Shown: positions 13,794 through 23,378 of the stretch, piece by piece | Position numbering within the stretch: position 1 is the first letter of the stretch | Layout of the letters: every line of letters starts with the position of its first letter | From: Thermoanaerobaculia bacterium | Lineage (GTDB): Bacteria; Acidobacteriota; Thermoanaerobaculia; UBA5066 | Length of the DNA: 64,000 nucleotides | NCBI GenBank assembly: GCA_048500275.1 | Contig: JASNYI010000002.1 | Location: 144,784 to 208,783 of the forward strand | Direction of reading: 5' to 3' | The notes under the pieces: generated by a model | What the model was told of the DNA's origin: nothing | Seen by the model: only the letters and a program-made list of their open reading frames with translations | Database searches by the model: none | Position numbers and translations under genes: made by a program

Positions 13794-16700
13794 TCAGGGC
13801 GAGGGAGAGACGGCGGCGCGGCGAAGGAAGACGAGGGTGAGGTCGTCCTCGCGGGGCCGTCCGCCGCGCCACTCCTCTTCGCGGCGGGTGATCGACTCCA
13901 GCGCCCCCTCCGGCTCGAGGCGCGCGGCCGAGAGAAACGCCTCCCGCGCACGTTCGTAGCCGAAGGGTTCTCCGCCGCTTCCGGGGCTCTCGGCGAGGCC
14001 GTCGGAGGAGAGGAGGACCGCGTCTCCCGGGCCGAGACGGAACGAGGTGGAGCCGTGCGGGGTCTCCACGAGCGCGCCCAGCGGCGCCCCCGGGACGAGG
14101 ATCTCCTCGACGGTGTCCGTCGCCGCGCGGTAGAGGAACGCGGGCGGAATGCCCGCCGAGGCGAGGGTCGCCTCCTCGCCCCTGACCACGAGGACCGCGA
14201 GCGCCATATGGAGGCGGGGAAGCCCGAGGTCGCGCAGGACTCGGCCGGCGCGGTCGAGGAACGACGCGAGGTCGTCGGGGAAGGGGTCGCCGCGGAAGAG
14301 GCCCTTCATGACCGAGACCACGGTCCCTGCCCGCACACCGTGCCCCGTGGCGTCTCCGATGACGAGGGCGAGCGCTCCGTCCGGCCCGACCGCCCAGTCC
14401 CACGTGTCGCCCCCGACCTCCGTCGCGGTCCTCGCGATCGCGGCCACCGAGAGCCCCGGGACGCTCGGTGTCGTACGGGGAAGGAGCGAGAGCTGCATCG
14501 CCCGCGCCTCCTCCAGCTCGGCCGACTTCCGGGTCGCCTCCGCCTGCACGGCGCGGGCCTGCGCCTCGGCGGCCACGGCCCGCAGCTCGGCCTCGACGAG
14601 CTGGCTCCGCTCGCGCTCCTTTCCGAGGACGCGCCGCTTCTCGAGGCGGGAAACGACCACCCCTCCCGTCGCGAGGAGCAGGAGCCAGACCCCCGTCGCC
14701 CCGGGGGACTTCCACCACGGAGGCTTCACCACGATCCGTACCGAGGCCCCCTCGTCGTTCCAGACCCCGTCCTTGTTGGCGGCCCTCACGCGGAAGACGT
14801 ACCGCCCCGGAGGGACCGACGTGTAGTCGGCGCGGCGCCTCGTCCCCCCGTCCACCCAGCGCTCGTCGAGGCCTTCGAGCTTCCACGCGTACCGGTTCTT
14901 GGCGGCGGACCGGAAGGAGAGGGCTGCGAACTCGATGCTGAAAAAGCCCTCCCGCGGACCCACGGTGACCGGGCCCCCGCGCAGCCACTCCGACGGCGGC
15001 ACGGGCTGGCCGAGCCTTGCGAAGGAGAGGATCGCGACCGGCGGGGCGTACGGATCGTCGCGGACCTCCGACGGCCTCACGCCGGTTACGCCCTGGATCC
15101 CTCCGAACCACAGCGTCCCGGAGGGGCCGCGGTGGAAGGCGCCGCCGTTGAACTCGTCGCTCTGGAGGCCGTCGCGCGCGTCGTAGACGTGGAAGCCGGC
15201 GCTCTGCCCGTCCGCCGAGGAAACGGCGCGGACGAGGCCGCGGTTCGTCGAGACCCAGACCGCGCCCGCCCCGTCCGGGAGGATCGAGTAGACGGTCTCG
15301 TTCGGCAGGCCATCGGCCGCCCGGAAACGCCGCGCTTCGCCGGTGGTCGGGTCGAGGCGCACGAGCCCGCGCGGCGTGCCCGCCCAGAGGACTCCCGCGG
15401 GCGACTCACAGAGCCCGTAGACGCGTGCGATGCCCGCGGTCTCGGGGCGCGAGGGGTCGTCGAGGAAGCGGCGGAAGCGCCCGGACGCGGGGTCGAAGAG
15501 GTTGATTCCGCGGTCGGTGCCGACCCAGAGGCTCCCGGTCGGCCCCTCGTGGAGGGCGCGGACGACGTCGTGCGACAGGGAGGCGGGGTCTTCGGGGTCG
15601 TTGCGGTAGCACTTCGCCGTGCCGGCGGCCCGGTCGAAACGGCAGAGGCCGCCGCCGGCCGTCCCGATCCAGAGCTCGCCGCCGCGGCCGAGCGCAAGGA
15701 CGCGCAGGTTGTCCGACGAGAGCGCTCCCGGCTCGCCGGGCGCGGCGCGAAAGACCCGGATCGAGCCGCTCTGCGGGTCGACGCGGTTCAGCCCGCCGCC
15801 GAGGGTGGCCGCCCAGACGATCCCGGCCTCGTCCACGACGGCGTTCCAGACGTCGTCGGACGAGAGACCGCCGGGCCCCCCCGCCCGGAAGGCGCGCACC
15901 CGCCCCGTAGCCGTGTCGAGCCCGTTCAGGCCGCCGCCCGCGAGGCCGATCCAGAGCGTACCGTCCGGGCCTTCGTGGACTCCCCGGGCGATCCGCGCCG
16001 TCAGGCCGTCCCTCCGGCCCGGGTCGTAACGCCACGTCGGAAACGGCGTCGGGACGAGGTCGAGGACGGCGAGCCCCGCTCCGTCGAGCCCGATCCAGAG
16101 GAGACCCGAGCGGTCGGAGAAGAGCGCCGTCGTCCGGTCGGACGGGAGGCTCGAGGACTCGTCGGGCCTGTTGCGAAACGCGGTGAAGGAGCCCGTCCGG
16201 GGGTCGTGGCAGACGAGCCCGCTCTCGGTCGCGATCCAGATCCGGCCGTCGCCGTCCTCGGCCAGCCTCCTCGCCTGCCGCGCGGGGAACGAGGCGGGGT
16301 CCTCCGGGTCGTTGCGGTAGACCTTCACCTCTCCCGTCGCCGGGTCGAGGCGAGCCAGGGCGTTCGCTCCGGCCCAGACGCGCCCCCTGCGGTCGACGAG
16401 GAGCCCCGTGACGAAGACGTTCGCCGCGACCTCGGGGCTGGCCGGGTCGCGGTCGTACCTCTCTAGGACCCGGGCGCTTTCGGGGTCGATCTTCAGGAGG
16501 CCCTCGCCGAACGTCCCCGCCCAGATCGCGCCTGAGGGGTCCTCGGCGAGCGCGCCGACGACCCGTTGCGGGAAGCGGCCGGGGTCGGACGGGTCACTGC
16601 GGAAGACGCGGAACGAGTCGCTTCCCGGATCGAGCCGGGCGAGCCCCCCTCCGCCGGCGCCGATCCACAGGCGGCCGGCGCGGTCCTCGAGGAGAGCGGC

Positions 16701-17111
16701 CACCGGGCCGGCCGGGAGACCCCCGGAACGGCCGGGCTCGGGCAGGTACCGCTTGAATTTCAGCGTGTTCTGGTCGAGGCGCGCGATCCCACGGTCCACG
16801 GTCCCGAACCAGACGACGTCCCCGCGCCCCGGCGCGATCGAGACGACGCCGTTGTCCGGGAGGCTTTCGGGATCGAGGGGGTCGTTGCGGAAGACGGTGA
16901 AGCCGTACCCGTCGTAACGGTTCAGGCCGTCCTCCGTCGCGATCCAGAGGAACCCGCGCCCGTCCTGCGCGATCGCGCGGACCGCCGCCTGGGAGAGACC
17001 CTGCTCGAGCGACAGCGCCCGAAACCTCGGCGGAGGCGCGAGCGGCGCTCCGAAGCCCCTCGGGGAGAGGAGCGCGAGGAGGACGGCCGCGAGGAAACCA
17101 GGTCGATTCAT
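13794..17111 (-). CDS. Beta-propeller + Y_Y_Y sensor with TM and PP2C/SpoIIE phosphatase output
   Basis: Signal peptide, LSLEQGLSQAAVRAIAQDGRGFLWIATEDGLNRYDG repeats, YTSVPPGRYVFRVRAAN, TM, then EVGGDTWD, VIGDATGHG, LSSDGL, REDDLTLV. Confidence 0.93.
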   Translation of the reverse strand: MNRPGFLAAVLLALLSPRGFGAPLAPPPRFRALSLEQGLSQAAVRAIAQDGRGFLWIATEDGLNRYDGYGFTVFRNDPLDPESLPDNGVVSIAPGRGDVVWFGTVDRGIARLDQNTLKFKRYLPEPGRSGGLPAGPVAALLEDRAGRLWIGAGGGGLARLDPGSDSFRVFRSDPSDPGRFPQRVVGALAEDPSGAIWAGTFGEGLLKIDPESARVLERYDRDPASPEVAANVFVTGLLVDRRGRVWAGANALARLDPATGEVKVYRNDPEDPASFPARQARRLAEDGDGRIWIATESGLVCHDPRTGSFTAFRNRPDESSSLPSDRTTALFSDRSGLLWIGLDGAGLAVLDLVPTPFPTWRYDPGRRDGLTARIARGVHEGPDGTLWIGLAGGGLNGLDTATGRVRAFRAGGPGGLSSDDVWNAVVDEAGIVWAATLGGGLNRVDPQSGSIRVFRAAPGEPGALSSDNLRVLALGRGGELWIGTAGGGLCRFDRAAGTAKCYRNDPEDPASLSHDVVRALHEGPTGSLWVGTDRGINLFDPASGRFRRFLDDPSRPETAGIARVYGLCESPAGVLWAGTPRGLVRLDPTTGEARRFRAADGLPNETVYSILPDGAGAVWVSTNRGLVRAVSSADGQSAGFHVYDARDGLQSDEFNGGAFHRGPSGTLWFGGIQGVTGVRPSEVRDDPYAPPVAILSFARLGQPVPPSEWLRGGPVTVGPREGFFSIEFAALSFRSAAKNRYAWKLEGLDERWVDGGTRRRADYTSVPPGRYVFRVRAANKDGVWNDEGASVRIVVKPPWWKSPGATGVWLLLLATGGVVVSRLEKRRVLGKERERSQLVEAELRAVAAEAQARAVQAEATRKSAELEEARAMQLSLLPRTTPSVPGLSVAAIARTATEVGGDTWDWAVGPDGALALVIGDATGHGVRAGTVVSVMKGLFRGDPFPDDLASFLDRAGRVLRDLGLPRLHMALAVLVVRGEEATLASAGIPPAFLYRAATDTVEEILVPGAPLGALVETPHGSTSFRLGPGDAVLLSSDGLAESPGSGGEPFGYERAREAFLSAARLEPEGALESITRREEEWRGGRPREDDLTLVFLRRAAVSPSP

Positions 17112-17213
17112 CGTCGTTCGCGTACGCCGCAGGCACGGGGCCGCCGGGGCCGCATGCCCGCTGATACGGACGGGAGAGCGCCAGGGTTCGAGGGGCGCCG
17201 ATAATGCGCCCCC

Positions 17214-18083
17214 GTGCGCGAGATGGCCCTCTCCGCGTTCTTCTTCGCCGTCATGGCGGCGGGGGCGAAGCTCCTCGGGGGACGAATCCCCCCGCAGGAG
17301 GTGATCCTCGTCCGGGGCGTCTTGAACGCGCTCTTCATGCTCTGGCTCCTCCGGAGGCGCGGCCTCTCCTGGCGACCGAAGCGGCCGGGGCTCCTCGTGC
17401 TGCGCGGCGCGCTCGGCCACTTCGCCCTCTCGTGCTACTTCTGGTCCGTGGCCAGCCAGCCGCTCGCCACCGCCGTCCTCCTCCAGCAGGTCCACCCCGT
17501 CTTCACGGCGGTCCTCGCCGCCTGGTTCCTCAAGGAGAAACCGGGGAAGCGCTTCGTCCCGGCGTTCCTCCTCGCGGCCTCGGGCGTCGCGATGCTCGTG
17601 CCGTGGGCGGGCGCGGCCGGGGCGCCCCGACCCCTGGCGCCGCTCCTGGTGGGGCTTCTCGGGGCCCTCCTGTCGGCGGCGGCCTACGTCACGGTGCGGG
17701 ACGCCTCGCGGACCGAGCACGAGGAGACGATCGTCCTCTGGTTCCCGCTCACGTCGGTCCCCCTCGCCGTGGTCGGGACCCTCGTCGAGGGGCCCGTCGT
17801 CCCGACGCCTGCCGACTGGGGCTGGCTCGTCTTCATCGCCGCCGCGGGCCAGCTCGGCCAGCTCTTCCTGACGCGCGGCCTCGCCCGGGTGCCGGCCGGC
17901 CGCGCCACGCTCGCCAACCCCCTCACCATCGCCTTCGGCGCCGTCCTCGGCTGGATCGCCTTCGGCGAGCCGCTGACCCTCGCGACGCTCGCGGGCGGTG
18001 CGGCGATCGTCGCCGCGGTCCTCCTCGCGGGCGGCGGCCGGGCGTCGCGCCGCGAGGCGCGCGAGGGGCCTGCGCCGTCCTGA
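17214..18083 (+). CDS. DMT/EamA family transporter
   Basis: Hydrophobic two-repeat DMT pattern (LLVLRGALG, ATAVLLQQVHPVFT, GQLFLTRGL). Confidence 0.88.
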   Translation: MREMALSAFFFAVMAAGAKLLGGRIPPQEVILVRGVLNALFMLWLLRRRGLSWRPKRPGLLVLRGALGHFALSCYFWSVASQPLATAVLLQQVHPVFTAVLAAWFLKEKPGKRFVPAFLLAASGVAMLVPWAGAAGAPRPLAPLLVGLLGALLSAAAYVTVRDASRTEHEETIVLWFPLTSVPLAVVGTLVEGPVVPTPADWGWLVFIAAAGQLGQLFLTRGLARVPAGRATLANPLTIAFGAVLGWIAFGEPLTLATLAGGAAIVAAVLLAGGGRASRREAREGPAPS

Positions 18084-18147
18084 GCGCGGCACCTGACCCT
18101 GTCCCCGGCCGGCCGGCGCCTGCCTGCGCGGGACTACACTCGCCCGG

Positions 18148-18768
18148 ATGGGAAACGTCCGCCGGCTCACGGGCTTCCTCGCGTTCGTCGTCCTCCTCCT
18201 CGTCGCCGCGGTCTTCGCGATGGCCGCCCTCCGGGTCAGCTTCTCCGGCACCGAGGCCGAGACCTCCGCGGCGCGAATGGCCGCCGAGGCGGCGGGCGTC
18301 CCGATGGCGTCCTGGAAGACTCTCGCCGTCGTCTCCTCGGGAAGCGTCGGCGCCCCCGTCGAGAAGGTCTGGGAGCGCTTCTCGCGCATCGAGGAGTGGC
18401 CGCGCTGGTCTCCTCTCCACCGGGGGGCGCGCTGGAAGGGCGAGCCCGGGTTCCGCGTGGCCGGGGGCTTCGAGCAGGTCCTCGCGCTGGGGTTCCCTCT
18501 CGGGACGATCCGCTCGGAGGAGTTCGTCACGAGGCTCACGCCCGGCCGGGAAGTGATGTGGTGCAAGTCCGAGGGGGGCGTCACCTCGTGTCACGTCTGG
18601 CGCTTCACGCCGGTCACGCCGGAGAGGACTTTCGTCGTCAACGCCGAGGTCTTCCACGGGGCGCCGGTCGGGCTCCTCGCCCCGCTCGTCCAGTCGCGCT
18701 GGAGCCGCCTCTTCCAGCAGGGCGTCTCGGGGCTCGGGCGGTACGTGGAAGACCCCTCTACTCCCTGA
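18148..18768 (+). CDS. SRPBCC (START/polyketide cyclase) superfamily protein with N-terminal TM
   Basis: SVGAPVEKVWERFSRIEEWPRWSP signature and a C-terminal long helix. Confidence 0.8.
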   Translation: MGNVRRLTGFLAFVVLLLVAAVFAMAALRVSFSGTEAETSAARMAAEAAGVPMASWKTLAVVSSGSVGAPVEKVWERFSRIEEWPRWSPLHRGARWKGEPGFRVAGGFEQVLALGFPLGTIRSEEFVTRLTPGREVMWCKSEGGVTSCHVWRFTPVTPERTFVVNAEVFHGAPVGLLAPLVQSRWSRLFQQGVSGLGRYVEDPSTP

Positions 18769-20638
18769 CGGCCTCCTTCAGGTACTTCACGAACCACCGC
18801 GTCACCTCCACGGTCGACCGGACGCGGTTCGGGAGCTTCCTCCAGCCGTGCCCCTCGTCGGGGAAGAGGACGTACTCCACCGGGACGTTGCGCCCCTTCA
18901 GGTGCTCGACGACCTGCTCGGCCTCGACGACGGGGCAGTTCGTGTCGTTGGCGCCGTGGAGGACGAGGGTCGGCGCCTTCACGCGGTCGAGGCGGTGGAT
19001 CGGCGACAGCGCAGCGAGCATCTCGGCCTGCGTGTCGGGGTCGCCGTACTCGGTCTTCGAGATGGCCGCCATCCAGGGCTCGGTGTGCCGGAAGAAGGTC
19101 GCGAAGTTCACGATGCCGAAGAGGTTCGCGCCCGCGGCGAAGAGGTCGGGGTACTCGGTGAGGCCGGCCATCGTCATGTAGCCGCCGTAGGAGCCGCCCA
19201 TGATGCCGATCCGCTTCGGGTCGGCGATCCCGGCCTTCACGACGTAGTCGACACAGGCGGCGATGTCCTCGACCGCGCCCCGGCGGAGCGGGCCGTTGTC
19301 GAGGTTCACGAAGCGCTTGCCGAATCCGGAGGAGCCCCGGACGTTCGGGGCGAGGACGGAGATCCCCTGCGAGACGAGGGCCTGGTAGTCGGCGCGGAAC
19401 GCCGGGCGCTCCTGCGCCTCGGGGCCGCCGTGGAACGAGAGGACGACGGGGCCCGGGCCGGAGGCTCCGGCGGGGCGGTAGAGCCAGCCCGAGAGGGGAA
19501 GGCCGTCGCGCGCCGGGAACTTCACGAGCGTCGGCTTCACGAGCGAGGAGAGGTCGATCCCGGCGTGCGGGCTCCTCGTCAGGGGACGGAGGGTGTTCTT
19601 CGCCCGGTCGAGGATCCAGACGTCCATCGGCGCCGTGGAACCGGAGAGGACCATCGCGAGCTTCGTCCCGTCGGGCGAGAAGGCGAGGCCGGCGGCGATC
19701 TCGGACGGGAGGGCGGGGCCGGGGCGGCTCCGGCCGGTGGCGAGGTCGACGAAGGCGAGCTCGCTCTTTCCCGCGACGTTCCAGACGAGGGCGGCGACGA
19801 GCCCCGCCTCGTCCACCTCGAAGCCGGAAAGCTCCGCGTCGGCCCTCTCGGCCACGATCTCGACGGGGCCGGGCCGGCCATTGCCGGCGAGGCGGATTCG
19901 GGCGAACGCCGCGAGGTCGCGGCCGGCGTTCGTGGAGAGCCAGATCGTCCTTCCGTCGGGCGAGAAGACGCCGCCGCCGAAGCTGGCCGGCCTCTCGTGC
20001 GGGGTGAGGAGGAGCTCCGCGCCTGTCTCGAGGTCGACGAGGAGGAGGTCGTTGTCGCCCCGCTGCGCGAGGCGCGAGAGCACCGCGAAGCGGCCGTCGC
20101 AGGAGACGTCGGTGTAGGTGTGGCTGCCGGGGGCGTTCGTCCTCGCCGTGGGCTCCAGCGTGAGCGGGTCGAGGAGGTAGGCGTCGATGGACGAGCCCGT
20201 CCTCTCGTTCGAGGCCAGGAGGAGGCGGGATGCGTCGCGGGTAAACCCGGAGAGGCGGTTCGTCTCGCGGCCGCCGGCCGTCACCAGGCGAAGGCCGGTG
20301 CCGTCGGGCCGCGCCACCCAGACCTGCTCGTTCATGCCGCCCCCGGGGGCGACGGTGAAGGCGAGGAGCGCCCCGGCGGGCGACCAGCGGACCTGGCCGA
20401 CGGGTTCCTCGAGCGGCGTCACCAGCTCCGGGAAGCCGCCGGTGGCGGGGACGGTCCAGACCTGCGGCAGGCCGGAGAGGTTCGAGACGAACGCGACCCG
20501 GGCGCCGTCGGGCGAGAAGCTGGGCGACCAGGCGCCGCCGACGCGCGCCATCGTCGCGACGCGCGTCTCGAGCTCGTCGGCCCCGGCGGAGGCCGCGAGA
20601 AGCGCGGCGAGGAGGGTCGAAAGGACGGTCGGTCGCAT
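18758..20638 (-). CDS. S9 family serine peptidase (prolyl oligopeptidase / acylaminoacyl peptidase-like)
   Basis: Signal peptide, PD40-like propeller, FHGGPE, nucleophile GGSYGG, HGANDTNC, DEGHG. Confidence 0.93.
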   Translation of the reverse strand: MRPTVLSTLLAALLAASAGADELETRVATMARVGGAWSPSFSPDGARVAFVSNLSGLPQVWTVPATGGFPELVTPLEEPVGQVRWSPAGALLAFTVAPGGGMNEQVWVARPDGTGLRLVTAGGRETNRLSGFTRDASRLLLASNERTGSSIDAYLLDPLTLEPTARTNAPGSHTYTDVSCDGRFAVLSRLAQRGDNDLLLVDLETGAELLLTPHERPASFGGGVFSPDGRTIWLSTNAGRDLAAFARIRLAGNGRPGPVEIVAERADAELSGFEVDEAGLVAALVWNVAGKSELAFVDLATGRSRPGPALPSEIAAGLAFSPDGTKLAMVLSGSTAPMDVWILDRAKNTLRPLTRSPHAGIDLSSLVKPTLVKFPARDGLPLSGWLYRPAGASGPGPVVLSFHGGPEAQERPAFRADYQALVSQGISVLAPNVRGSSGFGKRFVNLDNGPLRRGAVEDIAACVDYVVKAGIADPKRIGIMGGSYGGYMTMAGLTEYPDLFAAGANLFGIVNFATFFRHTEPWMAAISKTEYGDPDTQAEMLAALSPIHRLDRVKAPTLVLHGANDTNCPVVEAEQVVEHLKGRNVPVEYVLFPDEGHGWRKLPNRVRSTVEVTRWFVKYLKEAVRE

Positions 20639-20710
20639 GCTCACCTCGTCAGGACGAATCCGGGCCGATCCGGCACTCGCGTGGGATCATCTCCCGGGGA
20701 AGCGAATCCG

Positions 20711-21721
20711 ATGCCTCATGCCCGCCCCGTCGTCGCCGTCACCCTCGGAGACCCCGCCTCCGTCGGGCCGGAGGTCGTCGTGAAGGCCCTCGCCGAGGGC
20801 GGTCTTCACGAGGGCGCCGTCCCCGTCGTCGTCGGCGACTCGCGCTTCGTGCGGCGGGCGGTCGGGACGACCGGCGCGGCGCTCGACGTCGTGCCGATCG
20901 GCCGCCCCGCCGACGCGACCGGCGTGCCGGGGCGGGTCGAGGTCGTCGAGGTCCCCGCGTACGGCTTCGACGGGATCGAGTGGGGGAAGGTGCAGGCGCC
21001 CGCCGGACGCGCGGCGTTCGAGGCGATCCGGGTGGCCGTCGACCTCGCCCTCGCCCGCGAGGTCGACGCGGTGGCGACGGCCCCGGTCAACAAGGAGGCC
21101 TTTCGCGCGGCCGGGGTGACGCAGATCGGCCACACCGAGATCTTCGGCGAGCTGACCGGGACGCCCGACCCGCTCACGCTCTTCGAGGTGAGGTCGCTCC
21201 GGATCTTCTTCCTCACGCGGCACCTCCCGCTCGCCGAGGCCATCCGGCGCGTCACGGCGGAGCGGACGCTCGACGCCCTGCGGCGCGCCGCGGCGTCGCT
21301 CGTCACGCTCGGCGTCCCCGCCCCGCGCCTCGCCGTCGCCGCGCTCAACCCGCACGGGGGCGAGCACGGTCTCTTCGGCGACGAGGAGGGGCGCGAGCTC
21401 GTCCCGGCCGTCGCCCGGGCGCGCGAGGAGGGGATCGACGCGCACGGGCCGCTCCCGGCCGACTCCGTCTTCTGGCACGCGGCCGCGGGGCGCTTCGACG
21501 CCGTCCTCTCCCTCTACCACGACCAGGGGCACGTGGCCGCGAAGATGTACGACTTCGAGCGGACCGTCTCGATCACCTGCGGCCTGCCGTTCCTGCGCAC
21601 CTCGGTCGATCACGGCACGGCGTTCGACCTCGCGGGGACGGGCCGCGCGAGCGCGGTGAGCATGGTGGAGGCCGTGAAGGCCGCGGCGCGGTACGCGTTC
21701 GCCGTGAGGCCGCGCGCCTGA
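20711..21721 (+). CDS. pdxA: 4-hydroxythreonine-4-phosphate dehydrogenase family protein (PdxA/PdxA2)
   Basis: TLGDPASVGPE, TAPVNKEA, GHTE, ALNPHGGE, LYHDQGH, RTSVDHGTAFD. Confidence 0.92.
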   Translation: MPHARPVVAVTLGDPASVGPEVVVKALAEGGLHEGAVPVVVGDSRFVRRAVGTTGAALDVVPIGRPADATGVPGRVEVVEVPAYGFDGIEWGKVQAPAGRAAFEAIRVAVDLALAREVDAVATAPVNKEAFRAAGVTQIGHTEIFGELTGTPDPLTLFEVRSLRIFFLTRHLPLAEAIRRVTAERTLDALRRAAASLVTLGVPAPRLAVAALNPHGGEHGLFGDEEGRELVPAVARAREEGIDAHGPLPADSVFWHAAAGRFDAVLSLYHDQGHVAAKMYDFERTVSITCGLPFLRTSVDHGTAFDLAGTGRASAVSMVEAVKAAARYAFAVRPRA

Positions 21722-21722
21722 C

Positions 21723-22343
21723 TCAGGCCCCGCGCTCGAGCGCCGCGACGCGGTGCGCGAGGGCGGGAGAGGCGTGGAGCCAGAGGCCGAGCGGGACGAG
21801 CCCGGCCCGGCGAAAGGCCGCGCGGTACCAGCGCGCCGGCCTCGGCCGGAATCCCTCCACGTCGCCCTCGAAGTCGTCCTCCGAGGTGAAGGCCTCGAGC
21901 CAGAGGAGACCCCTCGCGAGGGAGACCATCGTCGCGAGCCCCCGCTTGAGGTCGGCGTCGCCGACGTAGTGAAAGACGTCGGAGCAGACGACGAGGTCGT
22001 AAGGGCCGCGGAGTGGAAGGAAGTCGAGGTCGGCGAGGCCGCCGTGAAGGACGCCCCGGCTTCTCCCGTACTTCTCTGCAGCCCACGCGCTCGGGTCGAC
22101 GCCGGTGTAGCGGAGCCTCGGGCGGTGCGCGAGGAGCGCCGCCCGCCAGGGCGCCTCGCCGCAGCCGACGTCGAGGGCGTTTCCCACCGGGCGCTCGAGG
22201 AGGTACTCCGCGGCGGCGAGGGCGAGGGCGGCCCTCCGGCGCACGAGGGCCCGGGCGGTGACGCGCGACCGCGGGTCGTGGTACCAGCGGGCGTAATAGG
22301 CGGCGTCGTAGAGCTTGGGGGGGGCGTTCTCGCGGCGGGGCAT
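21723..22343 (-). CDS. Class I SAM-dependent methyltransferase
   Basis: ALDVGCGEA motif I, YTGVDPS, YDLVVCSDVFHY. Confidence 0.88.
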   Translation of the reverse strand: MPRRENAPPKLYDAAYYARWYHDPRSRVTARALVRRRAALALAAAEYLLERPVGNALDVGCGEAPWRAALLAHRPRLRYTGVDPSAWAAEKYGRSRGVLHGGLADLDFLPLRGPYDLVVCSDVFHYVGDADLKRGLATMVSLARGLLWLEAFTSEDDFEGDVEGFRPRPARWYRAAFRRAGLVPLGLWLHASPALAHRVAALERGA

Positions 22344-22543
22344 GGCGCCATTCTGGGCGATGCCTCGTGCGGCGGCTCGCCCCGGTGCGGCGAGGCGAGG
22401 GCGCGCCGCGGGCGGGGCAGCCTCCGGGGGGCGGTACGGATGGCTCGCGTGCGCGCCGTCACGCGGGCGTCCGGCGGCACGAGAGTAGACTCCGCGGTCG
22501 TTCCGCCCCGTCACTCACCGCGCCACCCGAGAAAGGAGATCCC

Positions 22544-23338
22544 GTGAAGCAGACCCTCCGCCTCTCCCTCGCCGCCCTCCTCCTCCTCCCGCTCGCCGCC
22601 GCCGCCCAGTGGGAAGGCGCCCTCGAGATGAAGATCAGCGGCAAGGACGTTTCCGGCACGTCGAAGGCGCTCGTCGGCAAGGCCGGCGCCCGGATGCAGA
22701 TGGAGATGACGAACCCGCAGCTGAAGCAGGCGGGCCAGGGCTCCATGAAGATGACGATCCTCTCTCGCGCCGCCGAGCCCGACGTCTCCTACCTCATCAA
22801 CGACGCGCAGAAGAGCTACGCGCGGATCGACCTCAAGGAGATGGAGGAGATGATCCCGAAGTCCGAGCGCGAGAAGAAGTGGACCGTGAAGCGCCTGGGG
22901 TCCGACAAGGTCGCCGGCTACGGCTGCGAGCGGGCGCTCCTCGCCCAGGAGGGGTCCGACACCGAGCAGGAGGTCTGCGTCTCGAAGGAGATCTTCGGCT
23001 CCGCGGGCCTCTTCAGCGCCGGCCGGCGCGACCCCTCCTCGCAGGGTCTCGAGAAGGCGCTGAAGGCCAACGGGCTCGACGGAATGCCGATCCGGATGAT
23101 CGTCCGCCAGAAGGGAAAGGCCGACGCGCAGATGACGATGGAGCTGGTGAGCGCCGAGAAGCGGAGCCTTCCGGCCTCGACGTTCCAGGTCCCGCCGGGC
23201 TACACGGAGACGAGCATGATGGGGACGATGATGTCCCCCGAGCAGCAGAAGCAGATGGACGACGCCATGAAGAACCTCTCTCCCGAGCAGCGCAAGATGA
23301 TCGAGGAGATGATGAAGAAGAAGGGGGGGAGCCGGTAG
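22544..23338 (+). CDS. Exported DUF4412-like protein
   Basis: AAGGAG RBS, GTG 22544, signal peptide, KVAGYGCE and LPASTFQVPPGY motifs. Confidence 0.8.
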   Translation: MKQTLRLSLAALLLLPLAAAAQWEGALEMKISGKDVSGTSKALVGKAGARMQMEMTNPQLKQAGQGSMKMTILSRAAEPDVSYLINDAQKSYARIDLKEMEEMIPKSEREKKWTVKRLGSDKVAGYGCERALLAQEGSDTEQEVCVSKEIFGSAGLFSAGRRDPSSQGLEKALKANGLDGMPIRMIVRQKGKADAQMTMELVSAEKRSLPASTFQVPPGYTETSMMGTMMSPEQQKQMDDAMKNLSPEQRKMIEEMMKKKGGSR

Positions 23339-23378
23339 GCTCGCCGGTCCTTACGGCGGCGGCCGCGTTTCGGGGCGG

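Noticed and set aside
20711-21721. pdxA-like gene as part of a four-carbon acid sugar catabolic cluster
   Set aside because: No DUF1537-type kinase, transporter or regulator nearby, so the pathway cannot be assigned; an ordinary orphan.
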